Part shown: piece by piece, positions 1 through 13,039 of the stretch
How the letters are laid out: each line of letters begins with the position of its first letter
Numbering within the stretch: the first letter of the stretch is position 1
Assembly: GCA_050084985.1 (NCBI GenBank)
Contig: JBITNC010000001.1
Location: forward strand, 201,996,001 to 202,060,000
Direction: 5' to 3'
Length of the DNA stretch: 64,000 nucleotides
Origin: Nageia nagi
Taxonomy: Eukaryota > Plantae > Pinophyta
Notes under the pieces: model-generated
Seen by the model: the letters and a program-made list of their open reading frames with translations, nothing else
Told to the model about the DNA's origin: nothing
Databases searched by the model: none
Program-made: the position numbers and the translations under genes

Positions 1-385
1 ATGGGAATACTTGTCTAGTGATCATTCTAGTACTATTTTTGATCCTTTGGTCTTGGTAACATTAAGATCAAATACTCCTAAGGTTTCTTCTTTATTCCTT
101 GGTGAAACCTTAGAAGATATTGTCATTCCCTTTTTGTGTAAAGTCTTATGATTTATAGTTATTTGAGGGAAATTATAACAACTAAGGGTACTAATTCATT
201 TTGTAACCATTTTAGTTTCAAAGAGTTCTATTTTGTTTTTAAGTTATTTATATTACCCTCTTTTAATCAATCTATCTATAAATGCCTAAAAATGAATTAT
301 TATTTATTAAATAATTAATTCTTATGGTATTAATGGATATTATTATAAAAAAAGGGTTACAATACACTCAATGCAATGTAATTAA

Positions 386-2047
386 TGTAAAAGGATCACT
401 AAACTATGTAAGTGGTGTAAAATATCAAGAAAGGCACCAAAAGCTATGTAATATATGAATATATCAAGAAAAATAAAGATTAAAACATTGCTATAAAATA
501 ATATCAAAAGAAAAGCATTATCTATGAGATAATCAGATATTAGATAGGTTGACACATGCACATAATATCATCTGAATAATAATGGTGTTTTATAACACCA
601 CCTATATGAGGATATGTTATCTACTCTTCATTATGCTTTACTTTCTTTAATTTTAGTATTTGATTGAACATCTTTCATGATATCAACATTGTGTGTAAGT
701 TAAGATCATTGCATCCACGTTATCATTTTGAGATCCAAGCGAGCCAAATTTGAGTGTAGAGTTTTATTTATGACTTGAGGATATAGATATGATGAAAGGT
801 AACACTTTGTTATTTATGAATATTGGTATATTATCATATATGCTTTAGTAATTACATTATGGAGAAATAATGCTTTATTTTATTGCATCATCATTATTTT
901 TCATCTACATTTTGGTGAACCCATTGATTCAAGCAATATTTCCCTCCTGACTAAGATCTTTCATAATTTTGTAATGGAATGACCTTTGTCAATATCATGA
1001 TATAATTATTTAGAAGGCATCGATACCATAACTATGGATGAGAATCAGTTCAAATAAATGATTGAACAATTGACATAAGCTCTTCAAAATAATAATAATG
1101 GAAGCACCCTGTAGACTTCTACAAGATATAACCAACCTTCATTTGATGCTTCCTTAGTTGCAAGAGTATAGAAAATTGATAATACTCAAAGATATCAATA
1201 GAAGAAAGAAGGCTATGATGGTGTTTTCACTTCACCATTATCAAAGGATATCCACAACTTTCGCCTAACACCCAACCTTAAGGACCCCAAGTTTGAGATG
1301 TTTAGTGGTGATTAAGACTTGAAATAACATCTTATAAGATTTTAGGAGGATTTCTTGTTGAGATTGGGATCTGAATAGAAGTTGATGGCCAAACTCTTTC
1401 CAAAGAGTATGAAAGATGATTCCAACCAATGGTTCTATAACTTGCTAGAGGGATCAATGGATTTATTCAAGTCACTAGTCAAAGCATTCATGAATTAGTA
1501 CAAGCATAACATCAAAGAGCAAAGTACTGTTACATAATTATGTGCCTTATGCTAAGGTCCCAATGAAGAACTAGAGAAGTATATTCCAAGATTAAAAAAT
1601 GTACGATGGTCTATTCACAATAAATTAGATGAAGTTGAAATTTGTGGTATTTTTTGTTATTCTATTATTCTAGTTATTAAGTAACATGCACTTGATTATA
1701 CTAAATTAGGATTTGGAATAATGAACAAAAGAATTTTAGAAAAAGATAAGGTTATAATAGAGCTTGGGACTCTCAAGTATACTCATACCACATACAATAA
1801 GGATAATCGTAAGCTATACACCAAAAAGGAGGAAAAAAATACAATTATGACTGAAGCACCTACTTTAGAAAGATATTGTCATAATAAGAAGTCATACATT
1901 TACTTTTCCTATTCAACCAAGGTTTATTCCACAAGATCTTATCAAAAAGAGATTTCTGAGGTCAATGGATAGGAAGGTTGAAGATAATAGTGTATTATCT
2001 TGAGATATAGATGCCTATTGTACTTATCATCAAATAAGGGGATATTG
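386..2047 (+). mobile_element. Decayed Ty3/gypsy (Tat-like) 5' part: putative LTR (~386-909), PBS and gag remnant, truncated by the LTR starting at 2048
   Basis: LTR-like end ...CATCTACA at 909, followed by TGGTGAACCCATTGATTC (913-930). Stop-riddled gag translation ~1260-1700 (PKFEMFSG...KLMAKLFPKSMKDDSNQWFYNL) resembles the gag at 25099-25476. The LTR start is uncertain. Confidence 0.6.
913..930 (+). promoter_or_regulatory. Primer-binding site, tRNA-Trp-like
   Basis: TGGTGAACCCATTGATTC lies 3 nt after an LTR-like CA end and resembles the complement of the plant tRNA-Trp 3' end (TGGTGAACCCGACGTGATTC, recalled). Confidence 0.6.
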
Positions 2048-3515
2048 TGATGTCTCCCTTGCATGGTTGTAATTAATTATGGAGTACAATGGGTTCCTCT
2101 TGTAATATATTTTATTATTGCATTATACTTTCATCTTTATAACTTGGAATGGAATACTTAATGGGTTAATGGACCCCATCATGAGCCCCAAATATTAGGT
2201 TTTATTATTGCACTTGGAGATCCTAATCTTGATTTTGGGAATACCAAGGTCTATCATTATATTTAGATGGATGGATAGGCACCTATATGCATGCACCATC
2301 CTTAGGGAGGCTTCCATACCCCCACATTGGTCCAACATGACACCTAGACCCCATGCATGACCCCTTGACCCATGTGGGCATGCATAGGATTCCTAAATGA
2401 TCTGAAAATTTGGATCCCTTCAACATTTAGTAATCTCTATTTCAATGTGTTTAGTGTGATCACCTTGTCTTTAGCTTTCTGACGCTTCTTTCGCATTGAG
2501 AATCCGAGTCCGTATGAGGAAGATATGGCCTTAAGTCCATTTTGTATTTTTTTTTGAAAAAAAAAAAAATCAAATTGGCGGGACCCACCCGCCACCGTGG
2601 AGGCCACGTCGGAGGAGACATGACTACATGGAGGTGATAGGGTGGGTTGACCATCTGACTACCACCGTGTACCCCGCCTGCCACATCTAACCCACATGGA
2701 GAGTTGACCTGTTGATTGTGACCTACCAACCTACGCGCATCCATGCTAGCCGAGACTACCACGCAACCCGCCTGACCACTTGCATGTACCGCCTGACTAG
2801 TCAGCTGACTGTGCCCGTTAACCAGTTGACTTCATCCTAGCAAGTGCCACGGGTTAGCACCACAGTGCATCTACCCATTTTTGGAGTATTTTAACGTATT
2901 TTGGCATTTTTCAAAGGTTTTTCAAGATTTTTGATTCACCTAAGGTCCTATTTTTGGGTTGAGTTCATTTTTAAGCCTGTGATAGTCCAGAGAGCATATT
3001 TTTCAATTTCAGAGCTCATTTTTGGAAGATTTTTGCAACCATTTGAGCCCAAATTTGGTAAGAAGATCAAGGAGGTTAATGGATATCTAAAAATATATTT
3101 TTTTACCCAATTTCTTAGTTGTAATTCTGTCCAATTTTAGGTCCAAAAATTGTATAAAAGGGGAGCAAATTGTACAGGAAGAAGAGAAGGAGGATTTCAA
3201 GAATTATTTCAGTTTTGTTGTGATTTTCAGAGCTGAGAGTGTATTGTGAATGTGAGAGGAGGTTTTGAAGGACCAAGGAGGCCTTGTAAAGTGATTTAAC
3301 CCATTGATAGAGAGAGCTTTTGAGCTGGATGTAGCCCACATTGGGTGAACCAGAATAAATTTTTGCTTGTCTCTTCTATGGTGAATGCTTTTCTCTTCTT
3401 TGTGTTTACAAGTTTATTCTTGAATTTCCTTTACAAACACTTAATTATTGTAAGTGTGAAATGATCCATTTAGCAAGGTTAAATTGAAATTTTTAATCTT
3501 ATAGTTTATGGATCA
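2048..3515 (+). repeat. 5' LTR of a chromovirus-type Ty3/gypsy element
   Basis: Starts TGATGTCTCC and ends GGATCA (TGAT...ATCA). TATAAAA near 3153 and a GGATGTAGCCC...GGGTGAACC U5-type motif near 3327-3350. Directly followed by a Met PBS. Confidence 0.7.
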
Positions 3516-3519
3516 AGTT

Positions 3520-3531
3520 TGGTATCAGAGC
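3520..3531 (+). promoter_or_regulatory. Primer-binding site (initiator tRNA-Met)
   Basis: TGGTATCAGAGC just after the LTR end. Confidence 0.9.
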
Positions 3532-3561
3532 AAGTTCAAATCATTGGGCTAACCTCTATTT

Positions 3562-4452
3562 TTGAGATTGTTGTTGGTGTTTGGAAAGTGTTCTTGCATG
3601 TATAGCAGGTCACAAAGCAAGAAAGGAGAAGGAGAATTGGTGGAGGAGGATCCAGAAATTGGTTCTAGAGTTTGGCTAAAGAAGCAAAGAGAGCTTGGAG
3701 CCATGGCCAATGAAGGAAGGTCTAATGTGGAAAAGCAAATTACTGATCTTACCACAATGTTCCAAAAAATGTCTCTACAATTGCAACATTTTCAAGAACA
3801 ACAATACAAGAAAAATGAAGGTGAAACTAGTGAAAGTAAGAAAATTGACAATGAAGTTACACATAGTGTTTTTCAAAGTTCTCCTTTGAAATTGGAAGTT
3901 AAATTTGATTTACCTACTTTTATTGGGGAAGTAAATGCTGAGAAATTAGACCATTGGATTAAACAAATTGAAGTATATTGTAGAATTCAAAGAATTGTAA
4001 GAGATGAGGATAAAATCCAATTAGCAACTCTTAAAATGAGTGGTAATGCACTTGTTTGGTGGGAAAGTTGTTTACAAAGTAAGAATGAATCTATTCAAGC
4101 TTGTAATGCTTCTTGGACTCATTTTGTACAATTACTTAGAAATCAATTTTATCCTTTGGGTTATCGGCAAAAGGCAATCATGGAATGGCAAACTTTTCAT
4201 CAAGGCAAAGGGCAAAGTGTGCAAGAGTACACTATGGAATTCCAAAGAAGAGCTACAATGCTAGGTATTCCTCTTGATTCCCAAGATACTCTTCTTAAGT
4301 ATATTGGTGGTTTGCACAATTATTTAAGACATACAATTTTGATGTTTGATCCAAATGATTTGGATAAAGTTTGTGTACAAGCTACTCACTTAGAAGAAAG
4401 GGGAAAATATGTTAAGGATGGAAAAAAGAACAATGCTTCCAATTACAATTGA
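3562..4452 (+). CDS. gag: Ty3/gypsy Gag (capsid region), 3'-truncated before the zinc knuckle and pol
   Basis: 296-codon ORF after the PBS with KLEVKFDLPTFIGEVNAEKLDHWIKQIEVY, ALVWWES, QGKGQSVQEYTMEF and KYIGGLH. It ends at a junction with unrelated sequence near 4448. The real start is probably the ATG at 3598 or 3703. Confidence 0.9.
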   Translation: MRLLLVFGKCSCMYSRSQSKKGEGELVEEDPEIGSRVWLKKQRELGAMANEGRSNVEKQITDLTTMFQKMSLQLQHFQEQQYKKNEGETSESKKIDNEVTHSVFQSSPLKLEVKFDLPTFIGEVNAEKLDHWIKQIEVYCRIQRIVRDEDKIQLATLKMSGNALVWWESCLQSKNESIQACNASWTHFVQLLRNQFYPLGYRQKAIMEWQTFHQGKGQSVQEYTMEFQRRATMLGIPLDSQDTLLKYIGGLHNYLRHTILMFDPNDLDKVCVQATHLEERGKYVKDGKKNNASNYN

Positions 4453-5082
4453 GAAGTTGCCATGATAATCTTACCTTCTCTTAAACCTTTGGTAATCATT
4501 AAAATTGTAGTTTGGGTAGTAAGAGATCCTACAACTTCTCTTGTCTCTCAAAATAACTCAACTCTAAAATTTCTTTGCTCTAAATGCTCTAAAACCTGAG
4601 TGCTCAAAATATGCTAAGTGTTGAACTAAGAGTATGAGAGGAGTTTTATTTGTCCAAGATTGACAAGATTTCCATTAATGACAATTACTCTTTAAGGATC
4701 TTAAGACTCGTGTACTGTATAAACTTAGCTAGCATAAACTAGATTGGTAATTTCAAAGCATACCAAACTTAATTTATTGTACTTGTACAATGATTTATGA
4801 AATTTGAAGAATTCTTTCCTTAAATGCCATTTAATTCAGTTATAGCTAGATAGCATATCAGCATTAACTCTTACCTAAGTTGAATTAAAGTTGACAACTA
4901 GGTAGTACATCAATATTAATTCCTAATAAATTTGATCATTAAAGGCTATTAACTCTTTTTGAAAATTATGCAATTTTTTTTTACGAAAATAATTTATTTA
5001 TAGTATTTACACTATAAAATGCCTTGCGAGGAATTTGATTTTACCTTATCACTCAGTAATGCTTTAAATAGATCCTGTTGAT

Positions 5083-8000
5083 GGGAATAGGTAATTCCTA
5101 AGAACTGGTAATATCTTGTAACTTGAATGCATTATTTTGCAAAGCCTAGGTAATAACATAATGCTCACTCCAAAGTGAGTCAAATTTTTGGTGTCTCCTA
5201 AGTTTTGTTCTTTTTTTGTCCCATTTGAGAACAATATCAACTAGTTCAAACTTCACTTGGGAAGACTTTTTATTATCAAACCATCTCTTAACAATGCTCT
5301 AGCGATGTTGGAATGACATATGTGCTTTGTTGCGATCTACCTCCAATTTCAAGAGCTGATTATATATGGATAGTAATGGCTCAAATTCATGGTCTTCCAT
5401 TTCTTATAGGATTTGCAAAGCTGGTAACTCCATGTAGGATTCTGGTCTTTTACCATATACTAATGCATATGGAGATGTCTTTATTACTAATTTTATACTA
5501 ATTATATCATCCCATAATGCATAGTCCATTTGTGCATGCAACTATCTAGGATTCCCTTCACTTGTTCTCTTGATAATCCAAGTCAGGTTTTTATTAGTTG
5601 ATTCAACTAACCCATTACCCTATGGGTAATAGTTTGAAGAGAATAACCAGTAGATTTTGTATTGAGCTATAAAGCTTGATATATTGCCTCTAGTAAATGC
5701 TAAACCCTTATCTAACACTATAGTTTATGGGATTCCAAAGTGAATGACTATCCTTTCAATTATTTCTATTATCACTTCTTAACCTGCATGTTTGCATGGC
5801 ATAGCCTCTGACCATCTAGTGAAGTAGTCTGTAGTGGTCAAAATAAATTTATACCCTATTAAGGAATTAGGGTTTATGACACCAATAAAGTCCATACGCC
5901 ATTTTTGAAAAGGCTCTTCCACCACTACCTATCTGAGAGGCATGGCAGCTTGTCTTCTTTTTTCCATAAATCTATTACATTTGTTACATTCCCATGCAAT
6001 CTTAAATGAATTCTAAAATATAGTGGGCCAGTAGTATCCAACTTGTAACACCTTTGCTACTATAGTTGGTCCACTATAGTGCCCACCAAAGAATCCATAA
6101 TGTAATTCATACAATATCCTTTAGGATTCATCTTCAATCACACATCTAAGAAGGGTTTGATCAAAATCTTTTCTATACAAGTGATCATCTATCATAACTA
6201 ATTTAAGGGCATGTAACCTGAACCTTATTTTTTGGAATCTATCCAAAGCTTTAGGGCACTTACCTATTTGAAAATAAATAATAATTTGCTTAATAAATCA
6301 CTCTCTTGATTGAGTTGTTGTTCATCTTCCATAAAAGCAATCATATGTGAAGCTTCAGCCATATTCTAACATAAAGCTCTACCTCTGATTAGCTTGGTTG
6401 GCTTGATTTCTATATCATATTCCATTATCTTGGTAATCTAGCTAGCTTTTCTTTCACCTAGATCTCCTTGTATAATGTAATTTCTTACATCTAGATGAAT
6501 GGTATACACAAGGATTATATTATGGGCTACATAATGTTTGAACCTTTTAATTCCTTTCATAATAGAAATAACTTGCTTTTCAATAAATGAATACCTACGT
6601 TGGAGTTGATGTAGTGTTTAGCTATGAAAGGTAATTGGGTGTTCCTCATTATTGTCATCCTTTTGTATAAAGATTATAGTTATGCTCTTATCTACTTCAT
6701 CTGCATACAAAATGAAATATTTTGAAATATCAAGATTCTTAAGCACCAAAGCTTCAGTTATAGCCTTCTTAATTTTATTGAAAGCTATCTTTGCTTCATA
6801 TGACCAGAAAAATTCAGCATCCTTTTTAAGCATAGAAGTGATTGGAGATACAATTTCTAAAAAATTATTACTAAATTTCCTAACAAAATTGATCTAATCA
6901 AGGAATGACTATAAGGCCTTTTTATTGGATGAGAGTGGTAATGTCTTTATAAATTTCACTCTATCTAGATCAATTACTAGCTCTTCCTTTGAAATAATAT
7001 GGCCAAGAAGCTTTCCTTGGTTGACCATAAAAGTTGACTTTTTTAGGTCGATAGAAATACAAATTTCATGCATTTTTTAAAGACTAATTTGAGTTGTCCT
7101 AGATGATCACTTCTACTTCTGGAGAAGATAGTGATATCATCTAGATAAATCAATATGATCTTATTTATTAGCTCATCAAATGCATGATCCATTGATCTTT
7201 TAAAAGTAGATCCTACATTAGAAAGACCAAATGGCATCCTTTGAAAAGCAAATGTGCCCCATTTAGTCATAAATGCTATCTCAAATTGATCTTCATCCTT
7301 CACCCAAATATGATTAAATCCTAAGTAGCCATCTATCATTGAGAAACAACAGGCTCCAGCTACTGTATGTAGGATCTATTCCATAGGAGGGAGATGATAA
7401 TTATCTTTCAAGGACACTCTATTCAGATTTCTAAAATCAACACAAATTCTAATTTCTCCATTTTTCTTTCATACAAGAACTAAATTTGCAACCCAAGAAG
7501 AATGCTTAATTGGAAAAATGATTTTTGAATCAAGGAGTTTGATTAACTCCTATTTCATAGCTTCTTCTATTTTTGGATTTACGGGTCTTTACTTTTGCCT
7601 GTATGGTTTAGAATCTAGCTAAAGCTCAACTGTATGTTGGATGACATTTTTGTCATATGTCTTAAGATCATCATAAGTCCAAGCAATTACCTATGAAAAC
7701 TCATGATAAATCCGAGACATAGTAGCCTTTTCTGCATTAGAGCATTTTGAACCATCTTTTATGAATTTACCAAGTTCTACCTCTAGTTGAACATAATTCT
7801 CCTTCAAGATGACCAAAGACTTTGCCTTTAGGACATCTTTTGAATCAAATAGTCTTTCAAAAGAGAGTAGTCCTTTTGGTATTAGATTGTTTCTTAGTTG
7901 AATGATGTTTGATTCTTGGAAATAATTAAACATCTCCTGAGTACTAAAAGTGTGAGCCACTATTTCATCTATAAGGAAATTGATAATATGCTCATCATAG

Positions 8001-11000
8001 TCAAATACCTACTAGAAGTTTACAACATTAAGAATTGAAGGCTTACATTGCCCTTTAACTCTAAGAGTTCCTCTTCTATGATGTTCAGGGTTATAACGTG
8101 CTCCTTTTCTAGCAAGTACATTAACTATCTAGTTGTGCTTCTTAGGAACAGATACAAAATTGATGGCCAAGAATGATTCCAATAAGTCCCACACTTTATT
8201 CTTGTAGTTCTTCAAATAATGGTGCTTAGCACTGATCTGATTTTTTATTTGCTTAATCGCCAATTTAGAATCACCATGAATAATTAAGCATCTGATACCT
8301 AAACTAATTACTTTAGATAACCCTAAATAAAGGGTTTCATACTTAGTAGCATTATTAGTATAGGTCCATGTGAATCAGAAGGAGAATATTTTTGTAATCC
8401 CTTTGGGAGATTTGAGTACAACCCCAGCTCCACATCCATGTCTACATCAAGAACCATCAAAATACATCATCCATACCTCTTGTGCTTTATCAATAGTTAC
8501 TAAAACTTGCTGAATGTTTTCATATAGGTAGTAATTACCCATGCCAGCATCTATGATCTAATAATTCAAATCATTAGCTGATAGAACTTTAATTGTTAGT
8601 AGTGATTCCCTTAGTGTATCATTTTTAAATATTTCCATTGATTATAGATCATTTATGCAATTTACTTCTTTGATCCTCTTGACATGGATAGTTTTAGTGC
8701 CCTCATTCAGAATCTTTACTTATTTATTTTGGAAGGGAAGAAAAATATGACAATAGTCTAAGGCTAGATACCCTCCCAAATTAGCAGTAAATTATTTGGA
8801 AAGACAAATTCCAAATAGAGGTGGAAGATCAACTACAATAATGTCTTGGACAACATTAATATTAGGGAAGGCATTCAAGTTTATTTGAACACCTTTAACA
8901 CTACTGACAACATCTACTAAGGAAGAATCCAACGGTATGACCTCATTAATGCATCTTGTAATGTACAATTTCATTTCATCTATAACAACTTTTGGAATAA
9001 TTATTATGGTAGCTCCAGTATCAATCATACAATTATTTACTATCCAACCTTCTAATCCTATGGATAAATAGAAAGGTGGGGGTATAGTTACGCCTACTAG
9101 AGTTGAAGGGACAAAATCAAACATAGCATAGATAGGATTTTCTTCATTTATCCTTTTTTTAGTATTTCTTAATCTTAAAGCTTCTTGCAGAAGGTCTAAT
9201 TAACCTAGTATTTTCAATGCATCAAATATTATCATTCTAGAAAGAGTTTTCTTCAATTCTTCTGTAATATTAAAAGGAGCATATGGGATAGACTTACTTG
9301 GTTCATTTTGCTAATGTGCATTGAAGTGTTGAGTAGCCTTTTCTTTATGATTATCAATGATAAAAGGATATCTCAATGTGCGAGGTCTTTCCTTGTTCAG
9401 GACTTCTTTTCTTCTTATAATAGGGTTCATTTCGCCCAGGGCACTAGTACTCAAGTTTTTCAGGATAGTACCCAGATTAAATAGGACTTAATGTTGTTGA
9501 TTATAAGGATGAGATAAGGTTGCCTTAGCTTTCTTAGGTTCATGTTGGGGTTGAGTGGAAGATGGATACTGCTGAGTGACTTGAGGCTACTATGGGGTTG
9601 CTGAAGAAGTTGCTCTAGTTTGAACATAATTTGCTATTCCCTAATAGATCTCACAACCCAAAAGTTAACCATTGTGAGGTTAGTAGTAGGATCTAAAGTA
9701 GGTTCTACCATTTGGTCAAAATATAACCCTAAATATTGATGTTGATATACCACACATGAATTTGGAAAATGAGGAGCTAAACATGATAAACACCATTCCA
9801 TAATGCTCAAAGTAGCACCATCTATAGAATTGGTCATAATAGCATTTTCAATTACTTTAGGAGGATTAGACTATTCTGGCTAATTAATCCTAGGCTAGAA
9901 CCTTGGTTGATACTGATTATCATATATTCTATAGTTAAAACTATGATTTTGCCTTTCTTGTAGAGTGAGCATGTTGGATAGATTTTTGATAGTTATCTCC
10001 AACTACCTTATCCTTTCCTCTTATTGAGACTTGGGTTTAGTACCAATACTTATAGATGTGATAGCAGGTAATGCTCTAGCTAATTTTGAATAGTAGGTTT
10101 GGGAGGAGGTGGTAGGGCAAGAACTCTAGGATGACCTATTTGTGGAGTTTGCTTAGGAGGTAAACTAGGAAATACAAGCATATTCATTCTAGGCTACATT
10201 TTACCAAAGGAAAACAAGGTATGTTCTACAGTTTTATCTATCTAATAAACATCAAGGAATGTATCTCCTGACATAATAATAAGCATATTAAAGTCAAAAA
10301 GGAAAGCTTTTCGATAATATACCAAAGCTTGAGCATTAGTTGGTCTTATCCTTGCTGGTATGGATTTCCATGTTCTCTCAAATCTAATATTAAATTCACC
10401 AATAGATTCATGTGGATGCCTTTTGATACATGCTATGAGGGTAAGGAATGTGTTATCATCACCATCTATAGAAAATCTTTTAATCAGGGCCTAACATACC
10501 TCTCCCCATGAATTTATAGATTATGGGGTGAGAGTCCTCAACCATTCAGCTACTTTGCCTTCAAAAGAATGTGATAATAACCTTATCATCATAGTTTTAT
10601 CAATAATATCAAAGCTTGAAGCCAGTAATGATACATCTTAGCAGTGCTCATATGGCATCTTTTCAAAGCCATCATACTTAGGCAAAACTTTAAAAGCTTC
10701 TTGAGGTATAGGTGGTGAATTAGCAACTACAACCAAGGGATGATTATTATTCCAAGTAGGTAAGTCTGTTGGTTGAGCCATACTTGGAGGACGTATAGGA
10801 GGCAAAGGATTTTTCAAGAATGAGTCAAATGCGATTGAACAAGTGGTAGCTCTCAAGGGAATTAAAGGTGATGCAAATTTAGATATTTTTTTCTATTCCT
10901 CCTATAGGGAAGTGACAACTCTTGAAATTTGGGCTCTCTTAGAGAATTTCTAGCACTAATTCTAGTTAGTGTATGTTTTGGAGGTGCTAGGGTTCAAAAT

Positions 11001-11027
11001 AGTGATTGGTTGATAGTAGAGTCACCA
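5083..11027 (-). mobile_element. Decayed Tat-type Ty3/gypsy internal region: PBS-gag-PR-aRH-RT-RH-INT
   Basis: Minus-strand remnants in order: gag (10856-10100), protease MIDTGAT (9124-8792), archaeal-type RNase H WMMYFDGS*CRHGCGAGVVLKSPKG (~8475-8050), RT (MPFGLSNVGSTF, YLDD; ~7700-6900), RH (6833-6400), integrase ending PIPINRIYLKHY* (~5085). Many stops and frameshifts. Confidence 0.9.
11014..11027 (-). promoter_or_regulatory. Primer-binding site, tRNA-Arg-like (Tat/Ogre type)
   Basis: Minus strand reads TGGTGACTCTACTA, similar to the TGGCGACTCCACTG PBS of Tat/Ogre elements, upstream of gag. Confidence 0.6.
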
Positions 11028-12312
11028 GTAAGGTCACAAAAACCTTATAATATTGAAGAATCAAATTGATAACCCACCAGATAAAGTTATTAGGCCTAAT
11101 AACACCCACTAAATATATAATTGAGCTTAGGTCCAATTAAGCAGGCCAAAAATGGAACTGGTCTACTATTGATTAGTATAGTGTAACCTTAAGGGTTTGG
11201 TTTGGTCATGTTCTCCACTTACCATAATAATAGTTTCCTTGAAAGAGCAGAAGGTGGTGGGAATGCGCTCGTATGAATCTTCTACTCAATCTCTAGGTTA
11301 TAGGTCGGCTCCTATCTATGTTTAATGTCAAAAGTAATTGAAAAAGGATAAAAAGGTAAAGAGTAATAGGAAAGAGATAGATAAATAAACAACTAAAATG
11401 GGAAATTTGCAACCTAGGCATTGTAGCATAGGTGACAATCCATAGCCAAGATTAAGAATAGCAAACTACCTCACCCTTGGGGTCTCGCAATCATAATACA
11501 CAACCATAATTTGAAGTAAGCATTTCATACATAATATTCACAAAAGTAATAATAGCCACTTTATTGTAAGAGGGCAAAGCATTGTGTATTTGTAGTATCA
11601 TGTGTGAATTTCTCTTATAGATCAAGTAAATTTGTTAGAATGTTTGACCTTTCTAACTTCTAATACTAGCTATTTATACAACTTCCTCCAATCTTGGGTG
11701 GTTGGATCTCATTAACATACATCATTACTAGTATTGAATGAAACATCTACAACAGTGTTATTTACATAAATGTTACAATTATGTTAGATTGTACAATATA
11801 CAAGTTTTAAATCAATATTAACTATCTAAATTTTCTAGATTTTCTAGGGATTTGTAACTTTCGATCAATCATGTCCATAGAGCTGCAATTTTTCTAACAT
11901 GTTGTTGATAGCTCCTTCCAAAACCCTATACCTGATTGAGTTTAGCACTGTTACTGATTAAAAGTGGTACTATGGTATATTGAGTATTTGTTTGATTACA
12001 CATTGATTGGTATGATTTCATTATCTATTTTATTAGCTTTCATGTACTTCTATGCAATTTTCATGATATATACTATGGATGTTAGTAATCAAAGTAATGA
12101 TGGTTGGTAGATATTTTGTTTGATTAGATCAAGAAGAACTACCACTATTATGTGGAAATGAATTGGTGTTGATACATTAATAGGGTCTCGATGGTCAAAC
12201 ACTTAAGATGAAGTGGACTCGGGTGTTCTTTCTCATACATTACTCTTCTACTCCCTCAATGGGTCTATGTTCTTCTTCTCGGCTTTGTTGATGATCTAGT
12301 TTTCTTTAGAAT

Positions 12313-12520
12313 CCATTGATTTTCACAAAAATGTGTGACATCATCCTCTAAAATCCTCAAATTCTATTGATAATTTTGTTTTCTTCAAGACCCATTGATT
12401 TTCACAAAAATGTGTGATATCATCTTCTAAAATTCTTGAGCTCTACTGATAATTTTGTTTTCTTTGGGACCCACTGATTTTCATAAAAATATGTGATGTC
12501 ATCTCCTAAAATCCTTGGGC
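12313..12520. repeat. ~79-bp tandem repeat, about 2.6 copies
   Basis: CCATTGATTTTCACAAAAATGTGTGA... recurs at ~12313, ~12392 and ~12471. Confidence 0.85.
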
Positions 12521-13039
12521 TTTATTTGCATTTTTCAAAAGTTGAACTCTACATATATATACAAGTCTTGGACCTTCATGTTAATGATTCCTAGAGACTC
12601 TAAGGTGACAAATATGATTCCAAGCAATTTTCATACATGACTTCTTGGGTGCATTTGGAGAAGATGACATGATTTTTGGGTATTATCAACTTTTGGTTAT
12701 TAAAGAGTAAAAGAATATAATTTTAACATAAGTGTTTTGATAGAATTTGGGGGTGATCTTATTTACATAATTCTTAGGAATTGAAGAAAGACAAAATTTT
12801 CTGAATGACTTTATTTACAAAATGATTCTTGACATTCTAAGGAATAGGAAAGTGAAAAAAGGGGGAAGGTTTAAATAATACAAGACATGAAGACTCTAAA
12901 AGAATGGTGGTTTCTTGGGTACTCTTATATACATAGCTTTCGAGTACTGAGGCAAAACTAAAGAATAAAGAATAGTAAGATTACCCAAATTTTGAGTATT
13001 ATTTCGGAGGAATATAGGTATAAAACCTACGAAAGGTCT

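Noticed and set aside
1-361. LTR terminus ending GGGTTACA
   Set aside because: Only a terminal motif; the partner and context lie outside the window.
2460-2870. GC/CpG-rich island with a 100-aa minus-strand ORF
   Set aside because: Lies inside the LTR 2048-3515; the ORF crosses a homopolymer and has no domain.
11029-12950. 5' LTR of the minus-strand Tat element
   Set aside because: Likely present, but no partner LTR or clear terminus could be identified, so it was not annotated.
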